DNA of 32,000 nt. Source: Planctomycetales bacterium (GTDB taxonomy: Bacteria; 4484-113; JAFGCY01). Shown in pieces: positions 31,317 to 32,000 of this stretch. The DNA lies in NCBI GenBank assembly GCA_022646745.1, contig CP060262.1:2760001-2792000 (forward strand), written 5' to 3'. Each line of letters starts with the position of its first letter. The stretch's first letter is position 1. The notes under the pieces are model-generated. The model had not been told where the DNA came from. It was given only the letters and a program-made list of their open reading frames with translations, and did not search any database. The position numbers and the translations under genes are program-made.

Positions 31317-32000
31317 CTAGTGGATGCTGTCGCGAACCACTCCGTAGGTGCCGCCCCAGGCGTCGGTCATCTGGTTGCGGATCTCCCACAGCTCGGGGAA
31401 CAGCTTCTGCGCCATGCCACGGTTCAGCAGTTCCACGCTGCGGCCCTTCAGGCTCTTGGCCCCGAGCCCGATTGAGCGGTGGATCAGCTGGATGTGGTGG
31501 TAGCGGAACTTCTGGAAAAGCTCGTCGTAGTCCGCCAGACATTCCGCCACCATGTAGCAGTCGTCATGGGTGTACTGGGAGTTGTAGACCTGCTCGATGG
31601 TCTTGTCGTAGTGGTCGAGGTAGTTCGCCTTATAGGCGTCCCACAGCGGGTTGACCAGGCCCAGCAGGTTGTTGAAGCCGGGCGATTCCTGCCCGCTGCC
31701 GTTGCCAAGGTTGAGGCGGATCGGCTGGTACTCATGCGGGCTCATCGTCTCCAGCACCGGCAGGTGGTCGATCATCAGCAGCTGGATGGTGTGCACCCGC
31801 TTGAAGAGCGTGACCACGCGGTGCGTGTTGCGCTGTTCCATCCAGTCGATGATGCCAAGCAGGGTGTAGCCGATCAGCTTCATCCAGAGCTCCTCGCTCT
31901 GGTGCACGATCTGGAACATCAGTTCGTCCTCGTTGACGAACTCGGAGAAGTCCTTCTGGCAATGCAGCAGCTGCTGGGTGTTCAGGTACTTCTCATAATC
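31317..32000 (-). CDS. kynA: Tryptophan 2,3-dioxygenase family protein (5' end off window)
   Basis: The frame stays open from the track Met (31919) to 32000. The extension reads DYEKYLNTQQLLHCQK...DELMFQIVHQSEELWMKL, matching the TDO N-terminal signature (Y..YL.L..LL..Q...DE..F...HQ..ELW.K). YHHIQLIHRSIG matches the proximal-His block. The C-terminal GTGGSSG box is divergent. Confidence 0.8.
   Translation of the reverse strand, partial: DYEKYLNTQQLLHCQKDFSEFVNEDELMFQIVHQSEELWMKLIGYTLLGIIDWMEQRNTHRVVTLFKRVHTIQLLMIDHLPVLETMSPHEYQPIRLNLGNGSGQESPGFNNLLGLVNPLWDAYKANYLDHYDKTIEQVYNSQYTHDDCYMVAECLADYDELFQKFRYHHIQLIHRSIGLGAKSLKGRSVELLNRGMAQKLFPELWEIRNQMTDAWGGTYGVVRDSIH

Noticed and set aside
1-32000. 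Mobile genetic element, prophage or defence island.
   Set aside because: No transposase, integrase, recombinase, phage structural, restriction-modification, toxin-antitoxin, reverse transcriptase or nuclease/NTPase defence-type genes were recognisable. There is no flanking tRNA. Composition appears uniform apart from short AT-rich promoter patches.

Overview
GC-rich bacterial chromosomal window. I support 26 protein-coding genes. I found no rRNA, tRNA, CRISPR array, transposase, integrase or phage gene. Left to right: (1) a minus-strand block of three secreted proteins: one acidic protein running off the left edge, then two tandem ~750-aa paralogous FN3/IPT/PKD surface proteins with an unrecognised C-terminal domain. 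(2) A plus-strand run of an SpsF-like cytidylyltransferase, a class-V cysteine-desulfurase-family enzyme, proS, and four tandem secreted HtrA-like trypsin+PDZ genes. The two outer HtrA-like copies have lost all three catalytic residues; the two inner copies keep them. (3) A DHA2-type MFS transporter and pyrE. (4) A translationally coupled GT4 / secreted TIM-barrel-like protein / GT4 cassette plus a secreted EF-hand-like acidic protein. (5) A ~1 kb gene-free island (21891-22881) holding a near-consensus orphan promoter, three long inverted-repeat elements built from GAGCAATGA/TCATTGCTC, many tetraloop-capped stems and a C5/G5-tract array. (6) pyrH-pyrK-tsaE-tsaB-pyrF. (7) A Big_1-type Ig-repeat protein and a SirB-family membrane protein. 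(8) A minus-strand tryptophan-catabolic cluster of TDO (partial, right edge), a tryptophanase-type lyase and a kynureninase-like enzyme, with spacers full of perfect palindromes related to those in the island. Best candidates for something new are the structured non-coding island with its dispersed hairpin/repeat family, the dead-active-active-dead HtrA tetrad, and the paralogous surface-protein pair. All functional calls come from motif recognition by eye; no database search was possible.
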